Shown here in pieces: positions 17,773-26,128 of a DNA stretch of 29,411 nucleotides. Each line of letters opens with the position of its first letter. Position 1 is the stretch's first letter. Source of the DNA: a virus (taxonomy: Duplodnaviria; Caudoviricetes); the IMG/VR virus record IMGVR_UViG_3300007965_000016, positions 1 through 29,411 of that record, one strand, 5' to 3'. The position numbers and the translations under genes are program-made. The notes under the pieces are model-generated. The model was not told where the DNA came from. It saw only the letters and a list, made by a program, of their open reading frames with translations, and did no database searches.

Positions 17773-18220
17773 TTTTATCTCCTACTTGCGCGAACTTGAT
17801 AATTGCGCGGTAGCCACCAGACGGGAGAACCTGCATCTCATACGATAGTCCGGGAACTGGTGGGTTCTTTTCAACATACTTGAACAGATTGACAAGCTGG
17901 CGATCCTTGAAGTCAACAACAATCGTGTCGAACCCGCTCTTGGTAATCGCCTTTAGCCACGCCGTGATGTTGCGCGCATAGTTGTAAGCGGAGTCTGCGT
18001 TAAGGATTCGTAACACCCCAAAGCCAGGTTTTTTTGATTTGTGAACGATAAAGATCGTATTACCTTCGCGCAACTTCACTGCATCAGGGTTGGCCAGCTC
18101 CATGCGATACATTGCAATGATCTGCTTCGGGTCTCTCTTGTTGTCCTTCCCTACAGAGGCAACAAGTATTTGATCAGTTGTCAGTTGCTGAACTTCGCTT
18201 GGGGTAATCTTTGCATCCAT
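17765..18220 (-). CDS. putative GNAT-fold acyltransferase-like protein (151 aa; T7 gp13-like position)
   Basis: Hydrophobicity pattern read by eye fits helix-helix-3 strands-helix-strand-helix-strands; lies between ACP and the Met-Cys protein; SD GGAG. The fold is an inference. Confidence 0.5.
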   Translation of the reverse strand: MDAKITPSEVQQLTTDQILVASVGKDNKRDPKQIIAMYRMELANPDAVKLREGNTIFIVHKSKKPGFGVLRILNADSAYNYARNITAWLKAITKSGFDTIVVDFKDRQLVNLFKYVEKNPPVPGLSYEMQVLPSGGYRAIIKFAQVGDKNV

Positions 18221-18229
18221 ACAATCTCC

Positions 18230-18520
18230 TCACTCGCACCATTCAATCGCTTCAGCAATACTGGAGGGGTGGCGACGTGCGTGCTGGTACACAAGCTCAT
18301 ACATCTCCTGCGCTGTCTTTGGAGTTATGCGCTCACTGTTTTTATCGTCGATGTCATAGATGACACACAGTTGATAAAGCACATTCAACGTGTCAAGAGA
18401 GTCGATCCCTGCTGTGGAGAACAGCTCGTCCATGGTCTCGACTGCCATGGTCTTGGAGTTTTCTGGCACGTACTCCGCAATGATGAGGTTTACGAGCGCG
18501 AGGAAATCATTGGCGTTCAT
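18230..18520 (-). CDS. acyl carrier protein-like (96 aa)
   Basis: Small acidic helical protein with the phosphopantetheine attachment motif GIDSLD (Ser41), followed by a helix, YDI and the TAQEMYELV terminal helix, matching the ACP layout. Confidence 0.85.
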   Translation of the reverse strand: MNANDFLALVNLIIAEYVPENSKTMAVETMDELFSTAGIDSLDTLNVLYQLCVIYDIDDKNSERITPKTAQEMYELVYQHARRHPSSIAEAIEWCE

Positions 18521-18525
18521 GCTGC

Positions 18526-20040
18526 TTACCCTGTGATAGCGTTGTTGACATTCACCACCAAGTCATAGGCTGATGAGTTTCCTGTTACGACGACCGATAC
18601 ATCCTTTACCGATGCAGATGCGTCAATGGCCGCAACGCTGATTGGCAGCTTGGCAGTTGTGCCGGAGCAAGCGAGCGATGACCCAACATTCACGCCACCG
18701 ACCTGCAACTGAATCGTGCAGGCCCCAGAACCGACTCGGGCTGAAATACCAGAGATCGTGTTGACAGTACCATCCAAGATTCCGATCTGGTAAGTAATGT
18801 TGTTGAGCACGCCAGGGATTCTGGCTGTGATGGGGGCCTTTTTTGCAAAGTCCGGGATTGCATAGGTCGGGATTTGGCCTGCTGAATTGAGTGGGGCAAC
18901 ACCATTGGCCGCGCCGATCAGAGATGACAGCACCAGGTTGGTCGTATCAAAAGGAGCGTACTCCAGACCACTCGCAGTGGCATTCAATCGAATAAACTGG
19001 TTGGCGTTGACCGGAGATGCTAATGGGATCATCCCGTTTGGTGAGCTATTCAGCCAACGTGCTCCGTCGTAGAACATCATGGCTGGCACGGAGTAGCTGG
19101 TGTTCACCCAGAGGTCTCCTATATTGGCCGAGTCAGGGCTTGCAGGGGATACCGTGATGCTTGCTTTCGCAGCCAGTGTTGGAGCGAGATCAACCACTTT
19201 CGTCTGCTGGATGCTACCGTCTGGAATGGCAACCCGGTCAAACCGGATCAGGCCGTTCATGGCATACTTGTCTTCCATCATCAAGCCAGCTACGTCGCGG
19301 ATTGCATCGTTTGAAATGCTGATGATCGTGATGACGTTGCCAACAGTTTGGGCTGTCGTGAAAGTAACGGTTGCCGTCGCAGATGACTTGATGTAGTCAA
19401 AACCACCACCCTCGCGTTGCAAGATGCCGTTGCGGAACACAGCGAGTTCCTCGAACTCTGTGTGCGCAAATGGGAATGTGGCCTGGTTCGCGGAGGCTGT
19501 AAAGTCAGCACGGCGAAAGGCTGTTGCAGGACTGGTGTTGATGGTGGCGATAGAGACCAGTGTTCCAGCGGTTACTGCCGTATTCAACACCACTGTCGTC
19601 GGGCTGACGTAGTAATCACTCTCCGCCTGCAATGCGCCGTTTCTCCAAACTATGACGTTTGATGCCGGGTCAGACCTGATGTAACTGAAGACTGTCTGCA
19701 AATCGGTGGCAGAGTAGTCGATCCGGTTTGAGAACAGAGGCGCTCCAATCTGACCGAAGTTGACGCCAGTCGCGCCTCGCAGACTATCTGCCGGGACGAT
19801 GAGTGTCCAGGCATCCACCGTCAGATCAGAGCGGTACTCAATACCAGTGGACGGGTTGAACCTGAACTCGTACCCAATGTTCACGTTGCCGCTGGAGTCA
19901 AAGACTTTACCCAGAAGCTCAGAGAGAGTACGGTTGCCAAGCTCCGCGCTGTTGAGGTATCGGATGACGTTCTCAAATTCAGAGTTGGTTGCCTCTGAAG
20001 AGGTGTACCGGTTAGCGTAGTATTGACGTAGACGAGACAT
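18526..20040 (-). CDS. tail fibre/spike or tail adaptor protein (504 aa)
   Basis: ATG 20040 with SD AAGGAG; two tandem beta domains (QTVF..VWRNGALQ..DY and QATF..VFRNGILQ..DY); GDLWVNT and ANGVAPLNSAGQIP fibre motifs. Confidence 0.75.
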   Translation of the reverse strand: MSRLRQYYANRYTSSEATNSEFENVIRYLNSAELGNRTLSELLGKVFDSSGNVNIGYEFRFNPSTGIEYRSDLTVDAWTLIVPADSLRGATGVNFGQIGAPLFSNRIDYSATDLQTVFSYIRSDPASNVIVWRNGALQAESDYYVSPTTVVLNTAVTAGTLVSIATINTSPATAFRRADFTASANQATFPFAHTEFEELAVFRNGILQREGGGFDYIKSSATATVTFTTAQTVGNVITIISISNDAIRDVAGLMMEDKYAMNGLIRFDRVAIPDGSIQQTKVVDLAPTLAAKASITVSPASPDSANIGDLWVNTSYSVPAMMFYDGARWLNSSPNGMIPLASPVNANQFIRLNATASGLEYAPFDTTNLVLSSLIGAANGVAPLNSAGQIPTYAIPDFAKKAPITARIPGVLNNITYQIGILDGTVNTISGISARVGSGACTIQLQVGGVNVGSSLACSGTTAKLPISVAAIDASASVKDVSVVVTGNSSAYDLVVNVNNAITG

Positions 20041-20041
20041 G

Positions 20042-21544
20042 CTATTGCTCCTTTGTGAGAATGCCGAGGCCAAACAAGCGGATCATCTTGCTTGCCTCAA
20101 AACGAATCCGCAGACGAACCCCGGTGTAGGAGTGCGAAAACGGGCGAGTGAACTGACGCTGTAATGGGACTCCGGCATACGATGCTTCGTCTTGATCTGG
20201 CATGACGAACTCATACGTGCCCAGCTTGCGGCCAGTTTCGTCCTCTGCGTCAACAAACAGGGTTCCAGCGCCAGAGGCGTATATGACGAGCATCAGGCCT
20301 TGCTTGGGGTTGAAGAGGTCTTTGTGCCACAGGATAGGGGTCAGGGCGTACCCTGGCCCGCGTGTGAGCGTGTTGTCGTACCATCGGCCAACTTGATAGA
20401 TTCCAGTCGGAGCACCGTAGTAATGGCGGCCAGCGAGGTAGTCACCGCATTGGGCGTTGGCGTACTTTGACACAGACCACTTGATCTTTGTCACATCGCC
20501 CTCCTGCTTCGAGGAAGACAGCACTCCACTCAAGCGATAGGCCAGGTTGGTGTTGACGGGGAAAAAGACGTGAAGCCTGCCATCGTCGGGGTTGAAGTGC
20601 GCGTTGACGTTTCTTTGATCGGATACCAGCGCCAGCAGGTTTTGGTACAGTTCTTGCACGTCCTCTGATAGCGGGTTGGTATAGACGGTCGTTCCGTTCA
20701 GCGCCGATCTCCGCAAAGAGTGAATGCCAGACTTGGAGCAGAAGAAGACCTCGTCACCCACAGACACAATGCTGTTGTGCGACAGTGTTCCGTAACGCAC
20801 AACAAGTCGGGTGTCGAGTGTCCAGTTGTTGAAGTCTTGATCCGCCAGGTAAACCAGCACGCGGTCTCCAGTGAAGACGGCGAACTTATTGTTCTCGAAA
20901 GATGTGATGCCACGGATGCGGTCGCCATTCCCGATCAAGTTCTGGACGTTGAATCTGGCAGCTTTCAGCAAGGATGCTTCCGCCACATCCTCTTCGGTAT
21001 GGAAGATGGTCGGGTTTGAGATGCGAGACAAAACGATCTCATTGGGGTTTGAGTCAAACCCGGCGACAGCCAATCGGTCTTGAATCTGCACTACGTAGCG
21101 CCCACCGGATATGGCTTCGGATTCGATCTTGAGATACTCAAAACCGTCGAATGAGTAGAGGTAGCGGCCTCCGCCAGCCAGGATTGCCTTGCCATCGAAA
21201 AGCGTAGATGACACGACAGAGCGTGCTGGCCATGCGTTTGCTACGGAGTATGGCCGGTTGAGGGTGTTGATGGATACCCCTTGATCGGAGTCGGTTGCAT
21301 AGACGGCAACATTGCTCTCCGAGCTGAGCAAGCGAATGTGGGTGACGCTGTTTTTGGAACCCAGGATGCTCCCAATGGTAGGCTCGTTGGTAAGGTAGCC
21401 CGTGTTGGCGCAGTACACGTTATCAAGCTCCACGAATGGCTGGGCCTCTGGACGCTCCATAGACACGTCAGAACGAGACGTGTTCAACCCCGCGAAGCTG
21501 GTGTAGAGCTGCGGCTTAAATGAGGTTGAAATCTTTGTCTTCAA
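20042..21544 (-). CDS. tail nozzle / DNA stabilisation protein (beta-propeller; P22 gp10 / T7 gp12-like)
   Basis: 500 aa, beta-rich, FAGLN N-terminal motif, propeller-like repeats (QDRLAVAG, GDEVFFCSKSG); follows the adaptor gene. Confidence 0.7.
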   Translation of the reverse strand: MKTKISTSFKPQLYTSFAGLNTSRSDVSMERPEAQPFVELDNVYCANTGYLTNEPTIGSILGSKNSVTHIRLLSSESNVAVYATDSDQGVSINTLNRPYSVANAWPARSVVSSTLFDGKAILAGGGRYLYSFDGFEYLKIESEAISGGRYVVQIQDRLAVAGFDSNPNEIVLSRISNPTIFHTEEDVAEASLLKAARFNVQNLIGNGDRIRGITSFENNKFAVFTGDRVLVYLADQDFNNWTLDTRLVVRYGTLSHNSIVSVGDEVFFCSKSGIHSLRRSALNGTTVYTNPLSEDVQELYQNLLALVSDQRNVNAHFNPDDGRLHVFFPVNTNLAYRLSGVLSSSKQEGDVTKIKWSVSKYANAQCGDYLAGRHYYGAPTGIYQVGRWYDNTLTRGPGYALTPILWHKDLFNPKQGLMLVIYASGAGTLFVDAEDETGRKLGTYEFVMPDQDEASYAGVPLQRQFTRPFSHSYTGVRLRIRFEASKMIRLFGLGILTKEQ

Positions 21545-21966
21545 AATATACCGCCGTCGGTCGTTCCGTTATCTACGGCCTGCATTGAGAACTGCGCGCC
21601 AACTCCAAACTTCTCGCGCGTCAAGGATTGATTGAGCCGCTTGAGGTAATCGGAGCCGTAAACGGCAGCCTTCTTAGAGTCCTGATCCATGGCGTACTTT
21701 GCCAAGAGTCCAGTAATGATCAGTGCATCGGGCACGTTTCTGGCCTCTGTCGTATGGTTGTAGTACGGAATGACCACCCCCTTTTTCCAATACGGATGCT
21801 CCATCACATCGTCCAGGATCGCATTGGCGTAGTCCATGAACATCAGCATGGTCTCGGCATCCATGGTTGACGGAGACATTTCGCCATATCGGCGGAGCGC
21901 CCGCAACGTCAACGCGTCAAGCGGAGCGCTCTCGTCAACAATCTGGGGTGATGTTGAGCCAGCCAT
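21541..21966 (-). CDS. head-tail adaptor (P22 gp4 / T7 gp11-like)
   Basis: 141 aa helical protein with RALRRYGE N-terminal motif; position between capsid and nozzle; ATGA overlap. Confidence 0.6.
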   Translation of the reverse strand: MAGSTSPQIVDESAPLDALTLRALRRYGEMSPSTMDAETMLMFMDYANAILDDVMEHPYWKKGVVIPYYNHTTEARNVPDALIITGLLAKYAMDQDSKKAAVYGSDYLKRLNQSLTREKFGVGAQFSMQAVDNGTTDGGIF

Positions 21967-21968
21967 GG

Positions 21969-22304
21969 TTAATCGGCAACGAGATTGCCGGTCACGAAGT
22001 GGAAGTGGCGTTCAAAGGATTCGACCAGATTGATCGGAACCATGAACTCGACAATGCCATCCTCGCGGCACCATGTGCCTTGCAGGAGTTCACCCTTGAT
22101 CACCATGTCAAAAGGGTAGGTATGCGTGCCTGTGGTGCGGTACGCTTTGAACTCCTTGGACGGAGTGTTGATCTTTGCCCTGCGCTTGGGAGCGGGCTTC
22201 TCTGATTCAGGGGTAGCTTCTGTGGCTACAGGCTCTTGCAGCGCTGCGCTATCCGCCGCTTGCCCAACGGGTTGCTCTGTCGTGGTTTCAGCTTTTTGTG
22301 TCAT
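21969..22304 (-). CDS. hypothetical protein downstream of capsid (111 aa)
   Basis: ATG 22304 with SD AAGGA; disordered N-terminal half and compact C-terminal domain. Confidence 0.65.
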   Translation of the reverse strand: MTQKAETTTEQPVGQAADSAALQEPVATEATPESEKPAPKRRAKINTPSKEFKAYRTTGTHTYPFDMVIKGELLQGTWCREDGIVEFMVPINLVESFERHFHFVTGNLVAD

Positions 22305-22325
22305 GTCGCTTCCTTTTGTGAATGT

Positions 22326-22360
22326 AAAAACAGGCAACGGTGATTGCTCACAGTTGCCTG
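22326..22360 (-). terminator. intrinsic terminator after the major capsid gene
   Basis: Minus strand CAGGCAACTGTGA-GCAA-TCACCGTTGCCTG followed by TTTTT. Confidence 0.75.
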
Positions 22361-22380
22361 CTCTGTTGCGTCAAACTGGC

Positions 22381-23550
22381 TTAGGCAGCTTGCCAGTTTT
22401 TGATCACGGAGTGGGGCTTGCCTTGCAGCAGCTCCAGACCGCACTCGGTCAGGTAGTAGTGCTCGGTGCCATCCGAGTCGGGGGCTTGGATGTCACGACG
22501 CAGATTGGTGTCACGGCCTTCCATGTAGCGGTACTTCAGATACGGCAAGTCGAGCACAATGGCGGTGCTGTCGAAGCCAGGAATCTGACGGAACATGGGG
22601 TGCATGATCACGTTCAAGTCACCAGCAAACGTGCTGTACTGGCTCATCGTCACGCCGTAGGTGCCGCTCACACTTTGCGGCTGCCACCGGCTCTTGGCGA
22701 TCTTTTGCATGTTGGAGATCACGCGAGGGCCACAGATCATCAACTTCTGCTTGCCACCCCAGGCGAAGATGTTTTCGATCAGAACCCGATCAAACTCATT
22801 TTCAGTGATGGTGTTAGCAGTTGCAAAGCCAGCGGCACCGTCGATGACATTGGTGATCATGCTGAACAAGCCACCGGTGTAACGACGAGGCTGCGGGCCA
22901 GTGCCGTTTTCTTCAAAACGGCGACCCCAGAACATCGCGCGCTCAATGTCAGCCATGTGCAGTTTCAGCGCCTTGGTGATCATCTCCTGCTCTTTGTCGC
23001 CAGTACGCAGGTACGTGGCTTTTTGGGTATTGGTCAACGCCACGCCGGTCTTGAAAATCTGCGTGAAGTTGTAATCAGTGGTCGGGTCAAACGACACCGG
23101 AGTAGGCTTACCGCCGCCTTCAACGTCAACCGAGCCAACGATCACCCACTTATCACCAACTACCGTCGCGGCAGCCGTTGAGCCAGCGGCGCCACGGGCG
23201 ACGACGATAGTCGTTGTCGTACCGGATGCGGTAGCACGGACGATTTCATTGGTGCGCGTGTTCAGCAGCAGCGTATTCGCAACGGCAAAGGTATTGTCCG
23301 GGACGTTGGTCACGGTCAAGGTTGTTGCCACAGCGGTATCCACTGCGTTTGAGGTCAGCACACGGGCAGGAAGCTCGTCGCGGAAGTGGTTGAACTTCGG
23401 GTCATCGGTGGACTCGGATTGAGTCATCGAGAGCAAAGCGTTGAGGGGCGCTGTGCCGTTAGGCTCCAGCAAGGTGAAAAGTTCGCGGTAGTTTGTCGGT
23501 CGGAAATCGACCGAAAACTCACCTGTACCGCGTAATCCAGCAATAGCCAT
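22381..23550 (-). CDS. major capsid protein (DUF5309/SU10-like, HK97 fold)
   Basis: 389 aa; NFTQIFKT, DIERAMFWG, RYTGGL and YYLTECGLE motifs; strong SD TAGGAG; downstream terminator. Confidence 0.88.
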   Translation of the reverse strand: MAIAGLRGTGEFSVDFRPTNYRELFTLLEPNGTAPLNALLSMTQSESTDDPKFNHFRDELPARVLTSNAVDTAVATTLTVTNVPDNTFAVANTLLLNTRTNEIVRATASGTTTTIVVARGAAGSTAAATVVGDKWVIVGSVDVEGGGKPTPVSFDPTTDYNFTQIFKTGVALTNTQKATYLRTGDKEQEMITKALKLHMADIERAMFWGRRFEENGTGPQPRRYTGGLFSMITNVIDGAAGFATANTITENEFDRVLIENIFAWGGKQKLMICGPRVISNMQKIAKSRWQPQSVSGTYGVTMSQYSTFAGDLNVIMHPMFRQIPGFDSTAIVLDLPYLKYRYMEGRDTNLRRDIQAPDSDGTEHYYLTECGLELLQGKPHSVIKNWQAA

Positions 23551-23680
23551 GATCAGCTCCTAAGAGAAAGTTGTACAAAAGGTTTGGTCGGCTTACCGAA
23601 AACTCGTGCTCCAGCAACGTCGTCTCGAATAATCCAGTTTTGCCCCCTCATGTATAGCCGTAGCGCACGATCAAGGCATA

Positions 23681-23715
23681 GCATGAGTATGCCACAAAAG
23701 CAACTTTAGAAGCAA
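23681..23715 (-). promoter_or_regulatory. putative promoter of the capsid gene
   Basis: TTGCTT-N18-CATACT, with TGTGG immediately before the -10-like hexamer; lies just after a terminator; motif repeated at 12376-12402. Confidence 0.6.
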
Positions 23716-23720
23716 GCAAT

Positions 23721-23754
23721 AAAAAAGGCCACCAGAGGGCGGCCTTGTTTTTTT
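23721..23754. terminator. intrinsic, probably bidirectional terminator between scaffold and capsid genes
   Basis: Minus strand AAGGCCGCC-CTCT-GGTGGCCTT-TTTT, with T-tracts on both strands. Confidence 0.8.
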
Positions 23755-23766
23755 GGGTTGGGCTGG

Positions 23767-24897
23767 CTACGCCATCCCGCGCCCTTTGAGTGCTGAGCCG
23801 ATCATGCTCGCCAGCATGGGGTCTGCCGGTTGCTGAGGAGCGCCGCCGCCTGCCGCGCCGGGAGCGCCTTCAACCATGCCGGTGAATGCTTGGCGCTTCT
23901 GGGCGATCTGGCGCAAGCGCTGAACCTCTGGCGCATCCTTATTGGCCTTGTAGTCAGCGACCACGGTAGCTGCCAAGCCTGCATCCATAAAGTCTGGGAA
24001 GTCGTATCCGCGCTGGGCGGAGAACATTCTGAAATCAGAACGGGTGGCCTCGTCCATGGGGATGCCAGCTTGTTGGAATGATTGATTCAGGTTGTTTGAG
24101 ATCATACGGGTAGAAGCATCAGCCTGCATGGATTGCGCTTGCTGGAGCTGTTGGCCAGCCTGTTGCTGCGCTGCACCACCGGCGAGGCCACCCTGAATCA
24201 CCTGTTGGAACATCGCCTTCATTTCAGCGAGTTGCTGCGAAAGCTGCTGGGTAGCGTTTCGCGTTTCCTTGTATCCGGGCGGGAGCTTGATCGCGTGCTC
24301 ACGTTCGTAGTCTTCGTACTGCTTGTCCACATCGTTGGGGCCGCCGTCTCCAGCGCCTTCGTTCTCCGAGCTGTCAGACATCGCTGGCTGAGCAGCGCCC
24401 TTCGCCTCACTGGTCTTGGGTTTTTGTTGGCCCATCTGTGGGTCTTTGAGGTACGCACGGAGAGCCGCATCAACCAGACCGGCAACCTCTTCAGGCTTCG
24501 CTTCGTACCCAGATGCCTTGGCCGCCTCCATCACCTTGCCAATCACATCCATGGTCGGCTTGGCCTGGGCGTGGCGGAAATTCAAATCCTTGTACCGGCC
24601 CATCATGCCATTCAACTGAGCGTCTGTGTACTCCTTATCCCCAACCTTGATGAACTGGACATCGGTCGCAGCGTTCTGGTTTTGTGGGTCTTTGGGAGCG
24701 ATCTTGGCTTGCGCCTTTTCCATGTTTGTCGGAGTTGGATCAGCCTTCGGTGGAGCTTGTGGAGCAGGAGCACCCTGTGGAGCACCTTGTTGCATTGGGT
24801 CTGGAGCGCCTTGAGGAGCAGGAGCGCCAGCAGGTTGGCCCAACTTTTGAGCGGAGAGTTGAGCAATGAGGTCTTGGTTATTGGGCTGTGTTGCCAT
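23767..24897 (-). CDS. probable capsid scaffolding protein (376 aa)
   Basis: Gln/Ala/Pro-rich, coiled-coil, FIKVGDKEY motif; directly upstream of the capsid gene; SD AAGGA. Confidence 0.7.
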   Translation of the reverse strand: MATQPNNQDLIAQLSAQKLGQPAGAPAPQGAPDPMQQGAPQGAPAPQAPPKADPTPTNMEKAQAKIAPKDPQNQNAATDVQFIKVGDKEYTDAQLNGMMGRYKDLNFRHAQAKPTMDVIGKVMEAAKASGYEAKPEEVAGLVDAALRAYLKDPQMGQQKPKTSEAKGAAQPAMSDSSENEGAGDGGPNDVDKQYEDYEREHAIKLPPGYKETRNATQQLSQQLAEMKAMFQQVIQGGLAGGAAQQQAGQQLQQAQSMQADASTRMISNNLNQSFQQAGIPMDEATRSDFRMFSAQRGYDFPDFMDAGLAATVVADYKANKDAPEVQRLRQIAQKRQAFTGMVEGAPGAAGGGAPQQPADPMLASMIGSALKGRGMA

Positions 24898-25210
24898 GAT
24901 AGTTCCTTGGGAAGGCCGTAGCGTTTAAGGGAGTTTGTGTTTGGTTTTCAACAGAGGCCAAGAGAAGGTCGCTCTCCAGCTTTGCAGTCAAAATTGGTAT
25001 CACATTGAGGAAGTTCCGGGCGGCTGATATTGCGCCACGGCGGAAGTCGATTTCTTTTTCAGTCATCAACGGGTTGTCGGAGATTTGGAAACATGCCGCA
25101 AGGAGATCGTCGTGCATGACCTTGCGGAGGTAAGACCAACCAGGAGACAACTCTACGTCGCGCAGACTTTTCAGTGTCGCCTCCGTCTGCTGTATTTCCA
25201 AGTCGGTCAT
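24878..25210 (-). CDS. head-module hypothetical protein (110 aa)
   Basis: SPGWSYL...FRRGAI helical pattern of the small genes that usually sit between portal and scaffold. Confidence 0.65.
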   Translation of the reverse strand: MTDLEIQQTEATLKSLRDVELSPGWSYLRKVMHDDLLAACFQISDNPLMTEKEIDFRRGAISAARNFLNVIPILTAKLESDLLLASVENQTQTPLNATAFPRNYHGNTAQ

Positions 25211-25214
25211 TGGA

Positions 25215-25364
25215 TCAGCACTTCTTTTTCTTGGCAGCCGTTTTGGGCATCTGCTTCCGGTCGCTGGCCTTATCCTTACGGGAGTCTTCCTTTACGCCCT
25301 TGGATTTCTTATCAGCGGAGCTTTTCTCGAATGCGGCAAACGGATTCGATTTCTTTGTGGCCAT
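25215..25364 (-). CDS. small Lys-rich basic protein (49 aa)
   Basis: ATG 25364 with SD GAGGA; MATKKSNPF...AAKKKKC. Confidence 0.65.
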   Translation of the reverse strand: MATKKSNPFAAFEKSSADKKSKGVKEDSRKDKASDRKQMPKTAAKKKKC

Positions 25365-25430
25365 GATGGTTCCTCTTGGTTTGTTGATTATTGATTGCGA
25401 ATGCAACCAATGCAACTATTTTGCCACAAA

Positions 25431-25826
25431 CTATTTGTGGGTGATAGCTGCGACTCCGTTTAATTTCTCGATGGTTCGATACCCACCAAGACCCAGCATA
25501 CCAAGCAGCAAAGGCATCATCTCTGTCAGGTCTGCGGGGGATACCGCGATGTCCATACCAGCCAGCAGCAGGCCCATTTTTGTAATTGGAAGGAAGAGCC
25601 AGTTCCACGCGCATCCAAAGCCGCAGACCCACATGATGAATGGCCGCGCTCCGCTCACAAAGACGCTTGGCGACTTCGCCTCCTCCTTGTTTGCGTCAAG
25701 CTGCCCTTGAATGACCATCATCGCAGCGGCCAGTTGCTGCCTCTCCGCCTCACTCTTGTCTGGCCAGAGTTTGTTGATGATCGTACCAACCAGATCGCTT
25801 ACTGCGCCAATGCCTGTGATGTCCAT
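25431..25826 (-). CDS. holin of the 3-TM (GTA-holin-like) family (131 aa)
   Basis: INKLWPD, FVSGARPFIMWVCG and LLGMLGLGGYRTIEK signature segments; SD AGGGG. Confidence 0.85.
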   Translation of the reverse strand: MDITGIGAVSDLVGTIINKLWPDKSEAERQQLAAAMMVIQGQLDANKEEAKSPSVFVSGARPFIMWVCGFGCAWNWLFLPITKMGLLLAGMDIAVSPADLTEMMPLLLGMLGLGGYRTIEKLNGVAAITHK

Positions 25827-26128
25827 TTCATTCCCCTTTTGAGTACCCAAATCCCACCCAACAAAAACAGAAAGACTGTGCCAAGCAGCATACACATTGG
25901 GTTCTGCGGCGCTCTTTGGACAGCTTTTGGAACAACAACAACCTCACCCTGGAACCCGAACAAAGAGTGCCAAGGTGTAGGGAGGTCTGTGAACGGTCGA
26001 TACTCCGTCAATACAGAGTCGTTATCCTCGTGTTGCATGTGTGGTACGCACCAATGCTTTGATGTCACCAGCTTGATCCCACCGCCGTCGGAGGCCCACT
26101 TGGTCAAGGCGTACTCAACGCAGTTCAT
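25799..26128 (-). CDS. lysis-cluster hypothetical protein with C-terminal TM helix (109 aa)
   Basis: ATGA-coupled to the endolysin stop; fills the endolysin-holin gap; hydrophobic MLLGTVFLFLLGGIWVL. Confidence 0.6.
   Translation of the reverse strand: MNCVEYALTKWASDGGGIKLVTSKHWCVPHMQHEDNDSVLTEYRPFTDLPTPWHSLFGFQGEVVVVPKAVQRAPQNPMCMLLGTVFLFLLGGIWVLKRGMKWTSQALAQ

Noticed and set aside
22126-24921. Long + strand ORFs (351 aa, 262 aa) and similar ones at 7673-8473 and 10009-10791
   Set aside because: Antisense shadows of well-supported minus-strand genes, with no motifs or SD.
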